From positions 136,053 to 200,052 of the forward strand of contig JAYRJB010000008.1 of the NCBI GenBank assembly GCA_041906505.1: DNA of 64,000 nucleotides. The letters run 5' to 3'. Position 1 is the first letter of the stretch; every line of letters begins with the position of its first letter. Origin of the DNA: Candidatus Saccharimonadales bacterium. GTDB taxonomy: Bacteria; Patescibacteriota; Saccharimonadia; Saccharimonadales; 2-12-FULL-41-12. Of this stretch, positions 46,066 to 56,934 are shown in pieces. Under the pieces are notes generated by a model. It made no database searches. It was not told where the DNA came from and worked only from the letters and a program-made list of their open reading frames with translations. The translations under genes and the position numbers were made by a program.

Positions 46066-46551
46066 GTGGACAACTCACTAGAGATAAAACGAAGCACCCA
46101 GCCCGCGCAATATCAAATTGGCATTGTGGTTGCGTTTAGCATACTACTGTTAATTTTTGCCACTCAGTTATTTAACGCTTTTGATAACTTAGTGGGAGCT
46201 GATACCAGCTTCTTAACCCGGCTTGCACGCTGGATTATTATTGGACTTACAATTGCTGCTTTGCTGATAATACATAGCAACAAGAAGAAGCTGTCATATA
46301 GCGCAACCGCTGATTCGATAATTGTGAGAAGGCGTACACTCGGTTCCGTCAAGAAAAAGTATTATGCAATTAGCTCTGTTACATCTGTAGAACTTGATCA
46401 ATCTTTTGTCGGTGTTCAGATGGGTTACGGCAACATCGTTGTCAACATGGACCGTCTGGGCAAAACCGAAACCATAACACTTATGGGAGTTGAGGATCCA
46501 GAAAAAACACTTAGCAAAATTCAAGAACGTGTCGACCAGATTAGGCGATAG
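46066..46551 (+). CDS. bacterial PH domain (bPH_2) membrane protein, paralog-type of 41258-41749
   Basis: Two TM helices followed by SIIVRRRTLGSVKKKYYAISSVTSVELDQSFVGVQMGYGNIVV. GTG start lies 12 nt after a TATAAT (46049-46054). Confidence 0.65.
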   Translation: MDNSLEIKRSTQPAQYQIGIVVAFSILLLIFATQLFNAFDNLVGADTSFLTRLARWIIIGLTIAALLIIHSNKKKLSYSATADSIIVRRRTLGSVKKKYYAISSVTSVELDQSFVGVQMGYGNIVVNMDRLGKTETITLMGVEDPEKTLSKIQERVDQIRR

Positions 46552-46678
46552 GTTTTTTCCACAAAAATATCCACAAGTTATACACATTTCCGCAACCCAA
46601 AGCTTGCACGTTCAAAAAATTGCGGTACTATTAAGTGTAGGTTAGGTGTGAGGTGAAAGCTAACAACGCTTAACTTAG

Positions 46679-46709
46679 AAAACAGGCCTTCGGGTCTGTT
46701 TTTGCTTTT
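46679..46709. terminator. intrinsic terminator hairpin (usable in both directions)
   Basis: AAACAGGCC-TTCG-GGTCTGTTT has an 8-9 bp stem including one G.U pair and a UUCG tetraloop. TTTTGCTTTT follows on the plus strand and a T-rich stretch on the minus strand. Confidence 0.6.
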
Positions 46710-46742
46710 GATGAAATTTCTGCTCGAAATATTTGACGTGAA

Positions 46743-47294
46743 TTAGCTTCCGAGCTGAGCCTCGTCGAATATCCCTTCGCTTTGAGAGGCAAGAGGCTTA
46801 ATAAACTCTGCCAGTCGCATGCTGCTTGGGTGCACGACAAACGCAATGTAATCCCCAGCAGCCAACTTGTTTAATGGCGGTGTCTCGGCCTGCGCCGTAG
46901 AGTGAGCAATGCTCGTTACTTTCGTCAGAATCTGGTGGGTAAGATTGGGGTCTTCTATCTTCTGGGCTGTACCAAGCACTTGAACCGTCTTTAGAGCTGA
47001 TGCATCAGTTACCGACAAGGCAACATTAGGGTTAGAAAGTATGTTTTTTGCCTTGGTGGTGTTTGTCTTGGTAATGAAGTATAGGTTAAGTGAATCATCG
47101 ACCGAGACATAGACGGACGCGATATGGGGCACCCCAGAAGTAGTGGCTGTTGCCACCGCAGCAACGGGGTGAACTTTTAGGAAATTAAAAATCTTATCGT
47201 TTTCTTCTGAAATTGTATATGGCATGCCATTATCATAACCAAAAGTGAGTTTTGACCAAAATTGCGAGTCGAGAGCGGCTCTTAAGCTGTACAC
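46743..47294 (-). CDS. pyridoxamine 5'-phosphate oxidase family (FMN-binding split-barrel) protein
   Basis: FLKVHPVAAVATATTSGVPHIASVYVSVDDSLNLYFITKTNTTKAKNILSNPNVALSV is the typical PNPOx-like pattern. Confidence 0.75.
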   Translation of the reverse strand: MYSLRAALDSQFWSKLTFGYDNGMPYTISEENDKIFNFLKVHPVAAVATATTSGVPHIASVYVSVDDSLNLYFITKTNTTKAKNILSNPNVALSVTDASALKTVQVLGTAQKIEDPNLTHQILTKVTSIAHSTAQAETPPLNKLAAGDYIAFVVHPSSMRLAEFIKPLASQSEGIFDEAQLGS

Positions 47295-47303
47295 TACTTA
47301 GGT

Positions 47304-48209
47304 ATGGCTAACGTTATTTTGGGAACCAGCTTTTCGCTACATCGAGCCCAAGAACTCGAAATTCCAAAACAAGAGACCCTCGAGTCCGCCCTTCAAGAAC
47401 TTGGCTTTCGTCGATTTCGACTGATGAGTTATTGGAACATACACGAAGCGGAGCAAGGACGATATGATTTCTCTGAGCTTGACTGGCAATTTGAGCTAAT
47501 TGGCACCTATGGAGGTTCGATAAGTCTCTGTATTGGAAAACGGCAGCCCAGATGGCCCGAATGCCATTTGCCTAATTGGGCAAAAACATTGCCAAAAAGC
47601 GATTGGAGGAGTGCGCTCTATTCCTATATTGAAGCAACGGTAAACCGCTACAAAAACCACCCCGCCTTAGAAAGCTACCAGCTAGAAAATGAAGCATTAT
47701 TAAAAAGTTTTGGCTACTGCGTTGATCAAGATTTTGACCGCACACGACTCACGGAAGAACTCGGCTTAGTTAGGAAACTTGATCCAGATCACCGAGTCAT
47801 TATGACGCTATCAGATAGTTATGGCCTACCCATTCGAAAACCAAAAGCCGATCAGTACGCCATGTCACTTTATAGAAACACAGCCCGAGGCGGAAAAAAC
47901 GTGCAATCGCGTAGACCACCGCAGTTTTACCAACTTCGAGCGGCATTAATCAAGCTCTTTTCCGGCTCAAAGCCGTTCATACACGAACTGCAAGCCGAAC
48001 CGTGGCTCGACCAGGAAATAGCACACATTCCCGTCAACAAGCAGCTGGAGCTCATGAATCCACAGATACTCAAGAGCAATCTGCGCTACGGCATAAAAAC
48101 TGGTATGAGTCCGATTGATTTATGGGGACTAGAGTGGTGGTTCTGGCTACGAACAAAGAAGGCGCCGCAGATGTGGGATACGGTGCAGGAATTGCTGGCC
48201 GAACGGTAG
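47304..48209 (+). CDS. clan GH-A-like glycoside hydrolase, paralog of 35221-36369 (no TM anchor)
   Basis: Shares blocks with the paralog: R(F/L)RL(M/V)SYW, GxYxFxxLDWQ, RQPRWPECHLPxWA, VNRYK, YQLENE and IHELQ(A/T)E(P/A)WL. Confidence 0.6.
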   Translation: MANVILGTSFSLHRAQELEIPKQETLESALQELGFRRFRLMSYWNIHEAEQGRYDFSELDWQFELIGTYGGSISLCIGKRQPRWPECHLPNWAKTLPKSDWRSALYSYIEATVNRYKNHPALESYQLENEALLKSFGYCVDQDFDRTRLTEELGLVRKLDPDHRVIMTLSDSYGLPIRKPKADQYAMSLYRNTARGGKNVQSRRPPQFYQLRAALIKLFSGSKPFIHELQAEPWLDQEIAHIPVNKQLELMNPQILKSNLRYGIKTGMSPIDLWGLEWWFWLRTKKAPQMWDTVQELLAER

Positions 48210-48229
48210 TTGCTTATACTTAAATGTAG

Positions 48230-49630
48230 ATGAAAAAAACAAAGAGCGCTGGTGGAGTTGTTGTAAATCAATTTGGCAAGGTGCTAGTAACCAATCAGCA
48301 CGGCGATTCATGGTCGCTGCCAAAAGGACACGTCGAGGAAGGAGAGAGTCCCCGGCAGGCCGCGGCTCGTGAAATTGAAGAAGAGACTGGAGTACAGCAG
48401 CTCGAGTTCGTCGAAGAACTAGGCACGTACTCTCGAGCGCGAATCGGGAAGGGTGGGGTCGGCGAAGTTCCAAGCGAGCAAAAGTCGATTACAATGTTCC
48501 TATACACAACTCGCCAAAAGAGCTTGAAGCCAACTGACCCAGAAAACCCCGAGGCGCGTTGGGTTGCCCAAAAGCACGTTCCCGAACTGCTCACGCACCC
48601 CAAAGATAAGGAATTTTTTGAAAACGTACAGCACAAGGTGACGGCCATAACGCCCAAAACCTGGACGCACTCCCGCACCTCGAAAGTAATTGGATTTGTC
48701 CTCATTTTTTTACTGATCGGCATTATTGTGACAACGGTGCGAAGCTCACAGAATACATCTCGGCCGCTGATCAACATTAAGGTCGAGCAGACCGATGACC
48801 CGCTTGTGGTAGCAGCTGGAGATATTGCCTGCGACCCAAAATCTCCATCGTTTAACACAACCCTTGGTGACGCGACGAATTGCCACATGAATCAAACTGC
48901 AAAAATTACCACCAAAATAAATCCCGATTCGGTATTTCTACTGGGAGACAATCAGTATGAGAAGGGGGAGTACGGAAATTATATGGCTTCGTTCGATCCG
49001 ACATGGGGCGTGTTTAAGGGGCTTGTTCGACCAGTACCGGGAAACCACGAGTACTACACTCCAGGCGCCAGCGGTTACTTTCAATACTTTGGGGCAAGTG
49101 CCCACCAAGACACCAGCGGCTACTACAGTTTTGATCTCGGAAAGTGGCATATAATTGCCCTCAATTCAAACTGTGCTATGGTAGGCGGCTGCAACGAAGG
49201 TTCTCCTCAATATAAATGGCTGGTCGAAGACTTAACTGCCCACCCTTCGACGTGCACGCTGGCCTTCTGGCATCACCCAAGATTTTCGTCGGGTGATCAC
49301 GGAGACGATCCAATTACGCAGGACTTTTGGAAGATTTTGTACCAAAACAAGGTTGATGTGATCCTAAACGGCCACGATCACCTCTACGAGCGGTTTGCGC
49401 CGCAAAACCCTCAAGCGCAGTCCGATCCACAAGGTATAACCCAATTCACGGTGGGCACTGGTGGCAAAAATTTGACCAAGGTGAAAGACGTTAGGCCAAA
49501 TAGCCTCGTGAGAAGTGATAATCAATACGGAGTGTTACGGTTAATGTTGCATGACACCAGCTACAACTGGAAATTTTTGCCCGAGAATAACACTCCAATC
49601 GATCAAGGCGCTCAAGTCTGCCATGAGTGA
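48230..49630 (+). CDS. fusion protein: N-terminal Nudix hydrolase, one TM helix, C-terminal calcineurin-like metallophosphoesterase
   Basis: Nudix box GHVEEGESPRQAAAREIEEETGV. TM VIGFVLIFLLIGIIVTTV. Metallophosphoesterase motifs GDIACD, GDNQY, GNHEY and GHDH. Confidence 0.8.
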   Translation: MKKTKSAGGVVVNQFGKVLVTNQHGDSWSLPKGHVEEGESPRQAAAREIEEETGVQQLEFVEELGTYSRARIGKGGVGEVPSEQKSITMFLYTTRQKSLKPTDPENPEARWVAQKHVPELLTHPKDKEFFENVQHKVTAITPKTWTHSRTSKVIGFVLIFLLIGIIVTTVRSSQNTSRPLINIKVEQTDDPLVVAAGDIACDPKSPSFNTTLGDATNCHMNQTAKITTKINPDSVFLLGDNQYEKGEYGNYMASFDPTWGVFKGLVRPVPGNHEYYTPGASGYFQYFGASAHQDTSGYYSFDLGKWHIIALNSNCAMVGGCNEGSPQYKWLVEDLTAHPSTCTLAFWHHPRFSSGDHGDDPITQDFWKILYQNKVDVILNGHDHLYERFAPQNPQAQSDPQGITQFTVGTGGKNLTKVKDVRPNSLVRSDNQYGVLRLMLHDTSYNWKFLPENNTPIDQGAQVCHE

Positions 49631-49646
49631 TATCATACGTAAATAA

Positions 49647-50870
<1,224 letters not shown>

Positions 50871-50873
50871 GGT

Positions 50874-51056
50874 ATGCTAAATAGTATGAAGGGTCTGTTA
50901 ATCGTTTTCGTGAGTATTGGCACTTTTGCTGGAAGCTACGCGCCGACCCTCTGGGGAGACACCAACATGTTGTCGGGTTGGTCCCTACTATTCGGCGCTT
51001 TAGGTGGAGTTGCTGGCCTATATTTTGGCTGGAAGTTTATTCAAAATATGGATTAG
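50874..51056 (+). CDS. small membrane protein (2 TM)
   Basis: 60 aa with two Gly-rich hydrophobic helices. Confidence 0.45.
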   Translation: MLNSMKGLLIVFVSIGTFAGSYAPTLWGDTNMLSGWSLLFGALGGVAGLYFGWKFIQNMD

Positions 51057-51885
51057 TTCGTACTTTTGACACCGTCAAACGAACACCAACATCTGGATCA
51101 GCGCTCTCATCTTTCACCGACAAAAGCAAGCCTGGAAAGTTGAAGTGCGCAACCGGGACCTCGTAGTTTCCATTCGAGTTTGCAGTTCCTCGGTACTGCA
51201 CAAAGCTAGTCTTGGTTGAATTTTGGTCAAGAAACTCTGAATTTGATTCACGCGCCATTGTTTGGGTCATAATATAGGCTGGAAGGCTTGCTACCCCAAG
51301 GACAGTTCTGGCCTGCGTCCGCAAAGCATGCTCGCTTTGGGCCTGCCTCACCAATGCTCGTTGTTCATGAAGTGACTTTCCTCTGTATACCAAGCCTGTA
51401 TTTTTGCCTCCAACGACAAGCGCGGTTGCTTGATACCCAACACGTTTAATTTTATCGGCGGCGACAGTGCCCAGTGGCGCCCTTCGCATTTGACTATTTA
51501 GCTCACCAGCAGAAAGGTGTGCAAGTTTTTGGCTATTTGCTGTGGTTGCATACGATTGATACCCACTTTTTTGTGTATCAAATCTGTCAACCAAACCATC
51601 CTGCCCAAAGAAAGGCAGCTTACGTGAAATTTGCGGAACTACCATCGGCAGCACTTGAGAATTTAAACCATCAAAGTCTTTTTGAAGTGCCACACTAAGC
51701 TCGCATAACTGATAGCGTATTTGCCCCTCGATATCTCTTAGCCTACGAACAAGGCTGAGGCTGGGTAGTAGCCCAAGGCTACCGAGTGACTGCATAGCAA
51801 GCTCGGTACCTCTGTCAACATCGTAAGGTTCGGGGCCGCCAAACGTGTTTGATAAGCCGAGAGTTTCATGGTTTGCGAAAGTCAT
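51037..51885 (-). CDS. hypothetical protein
   Basis: 282-aa soluble ORF with no motif recognised. Confidence 0.45.
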   Translation of the reverse strand: MTFANHETLGLSNTFGGPEPYDVDRGTELAMQSLGSLGLLPSLSLVRRLRDIEGQIRYQLCELSVALQKDFDGLNSQVLPMVVPQISRKLPFFGQDGLVDRFDTQKSGYQSYATTANSQKLAHLSAGELNSQMRRAPLGTVAADKIKRVGYQATALVVGGKNTGLVYRGKSLHEQRALVRQAQSEHALRTQARTVLGVASLPAYIMTQTMARESNSEFLDQNSTKTSFVQYRGTANSNGNYEVPVAHFNFPGLLLSVKDESADPDVGVRLTVSKVRTNPYFE

Positions 51886-52009
51886 AAAAACATATTATAG
51901 CATAGTTATTAAATTTCCGCCAAACCCGTATCCTGCGTAGCTTGATTGACTCAGCAAGCTAAAAGGAAGAGAATTAGCATCAGACGTAAGGCGCGAGGGG
52001 AGAATAGTC

Positions 52010-52723
52010 ATGGGCAAAAAGTATGATTTCAGTAGTCTGTCAGCAGTTTTTATCAATGCGACTCTAAAACCCTCTCCGCAGGTAAGCAACACTGATGGGC
52101 TTATCCGAATAAGCAAGTCAATCATGGAAAAAAGCGGTGTAAAAACCACCGTTATTCGATCAATTGATCACGCTATTGCTCCCGGCGTGTACCCAGATAT
52201 GACAGGACATGGCTTTAAAAAAGATGCGTGGCCAAAAATTCAATCAGAAGTAATGGCAGCGGACATTTTAGTGCTTGCAGGCCCGATTTGGCTTGGAGAT
52301 AACAGTAGCGAAATGAAGAAAGTTATCGAGCGGCTCTACGCAAACTCATCAATACTAAATGCTCATGGGCAATACGCGTACTATGGACGAGTCGGGGGTT
52401 GTCTTATTACTGGAAACGAGGATGGCATTAAGCACTGCGCGATGAACATACTCTACAGCCTGCAGCACCTAGGCTACACTGTCCCGCCGCAGGCCGACGC
52501 GGGGTGGATTGGCGAAGCCGGCCCTGGACCAAGCTACTTAGATCCTAAGGGCGGGGGATTAAGGAACGACTTTACCAATCGAAACACTACCTTCATGACC
52601 TGGAACCTCATGCACCTCGCAAAGCTTCTTAAGGACAATGGTGGTGTGCCTGCATATGGGAATCAGAGAAGTGAGTGGGATGCCGGGGCGCGGTTTGATT
52701 TTGAAAATCCAGAGTATAGATAA
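52010..52723 (+). CDS. flavodoxin-like fold NAD(P)H-dependent FMN reductase family protein
   Basis: FINATLKPSPQVSNT (FMN phosphate-binding loop type), ADILVLAGPIW and GNEDG. Confidence 0.7.
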   Translation: MGKKYDFSSLSAVFINATLKPSPQVSNTDGLIRISKSIMEKSGVKTTVIRSIDHAIAPGVYPDMTGHGFKKDAWPKIQSEVMAADILVLAGPIWLGDNSSEMKKVIERLYANSSILNAHGQYAYYGRVGGCLITGNEDGIKHCAMNILYSLQHLGYTVPPQADAGWIGEAGPGPSYLDPKGGGLRNDFTNRNTTFMTWNLMHLAKLLKDNGGVPAYGNQRSEWDAGARFDFENPEYR

Positions 52724-52790
52724 GAGAGCCTCATAACTATTAGTTGAGAATATGAAGTAATCTCTGCTATCATTTCAACAAGAAAGATAA

Positions 52791-55667
52791 TTGGGGAGCG
52801 GTATTGTGGCGAAAAAACCTAAACGCGGTAATTCAACGAAAACATCCGAAAAGAATACAAAGCTAAAACCACTTCAGCGACTGAGTCTTTTCTTTTTTGA
52901 TCGACCGAGAACAACCGCACTTATTTGGCTCATAATTACCGTCTTCGGCGCCTTAAGCTACACGACGCTTCTGCAGCGCGAAGGCTTTCCGAGCGTCAAC
53001 TCTCCGTTCGCCGTTACGCAAGGCACTTACCTGGTAAATGATCCTGTAAAGGTCGACAGGGAAGTTGCAAAACCTTTGAGTGATTTTTTACTAAAACAAG
53101 ACGGCGTTAAGTCAGTACAAACTCAAAGCTTTGACAACTTCTACAATGCAATTGTGTCGTACAAGGACGACGTGAAGAACGCCGAAAGCAAGAGTCAAGA
53201 GATACAAAAAAATCTTGACGCGGCAAACGTCATTCCAGATCAAGCAACAGCGAAAGTTGAAGCGTTCAAGTTTGGTTTCACTCAACGTGGCGATGATATG
53301 GTCGTATCATTCTATTCACAAGACCCCAACGTTCCGACCGCCACCATTGTTGAAAAAGCAAAAAAGGCAAGTGAATTCCTAAACAGCAAGAATCTTGACT
53401 TAGTCGAAAGCATATCGGTTATTGATCAGTTTGAAACAGCTACAAATCCAGCTACCGGCCAGACTGAGTCCGCCCAAAACAGTTTTGACAGATTCGGACA
53501 AAGACAGGACGAAAACAATCGCTTCTATAACTCGGCGGTCATAGGCATTCAAGCCAAGCAGGGTGCTGACAACATCGCCCTGGACAAGCAAGTACAGACA
53601 GCAGTTGATGCGCTAAACGCGAACCCAGAGTTTAAGGGCTTTCAAGCAACAATAAGCGCCAGTTACGCTCCTGGAATTGTTATGCAGGTAAATGAACTTC
53701 AGAAGGCCTTACTCGAGGGCTTAATTGCAGTATTGGTAGTTGGCTCAATCGTTATTGCTATCCGCGCTTCATTCATCACAGTTATCGCCATGATTACGGT
53801 ACTCGCGGCCGTGAATGGCATTATGTATTTAATCGGTTATTCGCTAAATACCATTACACTTTTCGCACTGATCTTGGGACTCGCACTTATCGTTGATGAC
53901 ACCATCATTATGGTCGAGGCGATAGATGCTGAAAGAAAGAAACAAAAATCGGGCAGAAAAGCCGTGTCGATCGCAACCAGGAAAATAAGTCGCGCAATGG
54001 TTGCCGCAACCTCAACTGCAGCATTAAGTTTTGCGCCCCTCATATTCGTCGGCGGGATTCTGGGTGGATTTATTCGAGCTATACCCATCACAATTATTAT
54101 GGCGCTAACAATAAGTCTCTTTGTGGCGCTAATATTTATTCCTCTATTTGCCCGATTCTTACTGCTCGGGGAAAAACAAATGGGGGAAAACGTTCGCGAA
54201 GTGTCTGCGGGCATAGAGGAAAAATTTGCCCGCATCATTTCAACACCAATGCTCTGGGCAAAGGGCTCGAGAAAGAAACTTGTCGGTGTTGGAATGGGAG
54301 CTGTATTTATTGGCTTAGGTTTTATTATGGCCGGTGGTTTTCTGTTTCAAAAAGTAACTTTTAATATTTTCCCTCCAGATAAAGATTCGACGCAAATCAG
54401 TGTCACCTTAACATTCCCGCCCAATACAACCATTGAGCAAGCACAGAACATCACCGATAAAGCTGACACAATTGTTGGCAAAGAGTTAGACGCAAATTTT
54501 GTAAAAGCATCCTACTTCGGTCAAGCCAATGTACAAAGCGCTCTCCTGCAAGTCGAATTAATTGACTACAATAAAAGAGATATCAAGTCACCCGAAATTG
54601 TGGAGCAACTCGAGAATAGCCTTCGCAATTTCAATGAGGCAAAGGTGAGCGTTGATCAGTTAAGTGCTGGCCCACCCGCTTCACCGTTTGGAGTGCGAAT
54701 TGAAAGTACAAAGGATCGCACTGCCGCATTAAAGCTTGCTGAGGACATTGCAACCTATCTCAATAAGGTAAAACTTGAGCGTGTTGATGGGAGTGAAGCA
54801 AAGATAGAATCGGTATCGGTAGTCAACCCAAGTATCTACACTAGAGACGACGGAAAACAATTTGTTGAAGTTCAAGCAAAATTTGTCGACGACGACACCA
54901 CGACACTTGTGACGCTCGCCCAAAACGCAATCGAGAAAGAATTCAACGAAAATCGAGTGGCAGGTTATGGCCTCAATAAAGACGCGATCAGTTTTAGTAT
55001 CGGCCAAGAGGAAGAGAACCAGGATAGCTTCAAGACACTGGCAATTGCATTCCCGGCGCTGCTCTTTGTGATATACCTACTACTGTCATTCCAGTTCAAA
55101 AGCTTGTTCCAGCCGCTACTTATCTTTTTGGCGATACCATTTAGCCTCTTTGGTATCACTCTTGGACTGTATCTCACAGACAACGCCTTTAGTTTCTTCG
55201 CGATGCTCGGATTCTTTGCCCTAATCGGGTTAAGTATAAAAAATACCATCCTGCTCACTGATTACGCGAACCAATCGAGAGCGGCAGGGATGGGCGCCGT
55301 TGATGCCGCACACGAAGCGCTTGCCGAGCGATTCCGCCCACTGATCGCAACCAGTCTTACCGCAGTCGGATCATTGGTGCCTTTGGCAATAATGAGCCCG
55401 TTCTGGGAGGGACTTGCGGTGGTACTCATTGGTGGCTTACTATCAAGTACCTTCTTGGTAATTACGGTGTTCCCGTACTACTATCTCGGGAGTGAGTTTA
55501 TACGATATCGCTTCTCTCGCACGTTTGTACTGCTAACGATCGTTATTTTTGTAGCCCTCAGCATTGGATTCACTGCCGCCGGCATTGGCCCCGCGAGCGC
55601 ACTATTAGCACTCGTTGTATCGCTGGCAACTACTTTGCTTGCTCGTAAAAAACAGCTAATACGATAG
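52791..55667 (+). CDS. RND superfamily efflux transporter permease (AcrB/HAE-like)
   Basis: About 958 aa with the 12-TM, two-large-loop organisation. Contains ALILGLALIVDDTIIMVE-type TM4 and the repeated half. The start could be GTG 52806 (GGGGAG SD). Confidence 0.8.
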   Translation: MGSGIVAKKPKRGNSTKTSEKNTKLKPLQRLSLFFFDRPRTTALIWLIITVFGALSYTTLLQREGFPSVNSPFAVTQGTYLVNDPVKVDREVAKPLSDFLLKQDGVKSVQTQSFDNFYNAIVSYKDDVKNAESKSQEIQKNLDAANVIPDQATAKVEAFKFGFTQRGDDMVVSFYSQDPNVPTATIVEKAKKASEFLNSKNLDLVESISVIDQFETATNPATGQTESAQNSFDRFGQRQDENNRFYNSAVIGIQAKQGADNIALDKQVQTAVDALNANPEFKGFQATISASYAPGIVMQVNELQKALLEGLIAVLVVGSIVIAIRASFITVIAMITVLAAVNGIMYLIGYSLNTITLFALILGLALIVDDTIIMVEAIDAERKKQKSGRKAVSIATRKISRAMVAATSTAALSFAPLIFVGGILGGFIRAIPITIIMALTISLFVALIFIPLFARFLLLGEKQMGENVREVSAGIEEKFARIISTPMLWAKGSRKKLVGVGMGAVFIGLGFIMAGGFLFQKVTFNIFPPDKDSTQISVTLTFPPNTTIEQAQNITDKADTIVGKELDANFVKASYFGQANVQSALLQVELIDYNKRDIKSPEIVEQLENSLRNFNEAKVSVDQLSAGPPASPFGVRIESTKDRTAALKLAEDIATYLNKVKLERVDGSEAKIESVSVVNPSIYTRDDGKQFVEVQAKFVDDDTTTLVTLAQNAIEKEFNENRVAGYGLNKDAISFSIGQEEENQDSFKTLAIAFPALLFVIYLLLSFQFKSLFQPLLIFLAIPFSLFGITLGLYLTDNAFSFFAMLGFFALIGLSIKNTILLTDYANQSRAAGMGAVDAAHEALAERFRPLIATSLTAVGSLVPLAIMSPFWEGLAVVLIGGLLSSTFLVITVFPYYYLGSEFIRYRFSRTFVLLTIVIFVALSIGFTAAGIGPASALLALVVSLATTLLARKKQLIR

Positions 55668-55704
55668 GTCTTCGTGCGTAGCTGCTAACTAAAACTAGCC
55701 GACG

Positions 55705-56934
55705 CTAATTAGGCCGAAGTGCTTCGATTGGGTCTTTTTTCGAGGCCTTTATTGCCGGCACAACCCCAAATACGATTCCGACCGAAACTGACACAAACAC
55801 CGCAATAACCACTGGTTGCCACGTGATTACTGGTTGTAAATTCGTAGAAACGAGCAACGTTATATTGATCGCTATTGCAACCAATATTCCTATCAATGCA
55901 CCCCAGATCGACAAGACGGCAGATTCAACCAAGAATTGCTGCCTAATCTGTCTATCAGTCGCCCCAATCGCTTTTCGTATTCCAATTTCTCTCGACCGCT
56001 CACTCACAGAAACTAGCATGACATTCATTATGCTTACACCGCCGACAAGAAGTGAGATTATTGCTATCACGGCGGTTGCAGTGGTAATGATTTCTAATAC
56101 ATTGTTTGTCACAGCAACCGTTTCCTCTGGACTCAGCACAGTAAAATCAACCGCACCATCGTGGTTACTCATAAGTCGCTGGTTGACCCTAGAAGTCAAC
56201 TCAGAAACATTGGCGGCAGGACTCGGCTGCACAAGAACTTGGTAGGTTGGGGGTTGATTCTCAGAAATTGTCTTGGCCGCGTCTCTGGTAATAAACAGAG
56301 CATTGTTATAGTTTATGCCCCCGGCGGTGGGATCGCTCGGTAGTCTTTCAAATACGCCCTTGACAATAAATGACTGGTCTCTGATCTTCACCGTACTGCC
56401 TATGGGCACAAACTCCTTAAATAATTTCTCTGCAACACCAGCCCCAACCACAACCGAACGATTGTCGTTTTCATCACTCGTGAAAAACGACCCAAATTCT
56501 ACTTTTTGAGAGGTGACGTGGGGATATTGATTGCTGGTGGCGATAACTACGCCGTCATTAAAGGCTGCGTTATTCGCTTTTGGTATGCCGCTGACAAAAC
56601 TCATTGGTGCCACCGCTTGCACACCGTCAGTATTAGTAATTGATTCGATGTCTTTATCGGTAATGGTGGATGTTGTCTGTGGAGCGAGCAAATTAATGCT
56701 CTGGATTTCGCCGTTTACGCCACGGTTTACTAACTTCCCAGGTTTCACGGTAATCACACTGTTGCCAGCGTGGCTGATCTGGCTAAGAACCCGTTTTTTT
56801 ACTCCTTCACCTAAACTGACAATCGTTACCACACTCACCACCGCAATAATGATGCCAAGCATGGTAAAAAAACTTCTCAGCCTGGCGGCTCGAATTGACG
56901 CAAGCGCCATTTTAACATTTTCAGAAATCATCAT
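55705..56934 (-). CDS. ABC transporter permease (MacB/FtsX family)
   Basis: N-terminal TM, large periplasmic-type domain, and C-terminal FtsX 3-TM bundle with RSREIGIRKAIGA. Confidence 0.85.
   Translation of the reverse strand: MMISENVKMALASIRAARLRSFFTMLGIIIAVVSVVTIVSLGEGVKKRVLSQISHAGNSVITVKPGKLVNRGVNGEIQSINLLAPQTTSTITDKDIESITNTDGVQAVAPMSFVSGIPKANNAAFNDGVVIATSNQYPHVTSQKVEFGSFFTSDENDNRSVVVGAGVAEKLFKEFVPIGSTVKIRDQSFIVKGVFERLPSDPTAGGINYNNALFITRDAAKTISENQPPTYQVLVQPSPAANVSELTSRVNQRLMSNHDGAVDFTVLSPEETVAVTNNVLEIITTATAVIAIISLLVGGVSIMNVMLVSVSERSREIGIRKAIGATDRQIRQQFLVESAVLSIWGALIGILVAIAINITLLVSTNLQPVITWQPVVIAVFVSVSVGIVFGVVPAIKASKKDPIEALRPN

Noticed and set aside
48295-48888. 197-aa minus-strand ORF.
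   Set aside because: It is antisense to the Nudix-metallophosphoesterase gene, whose motifs are unambiguous.
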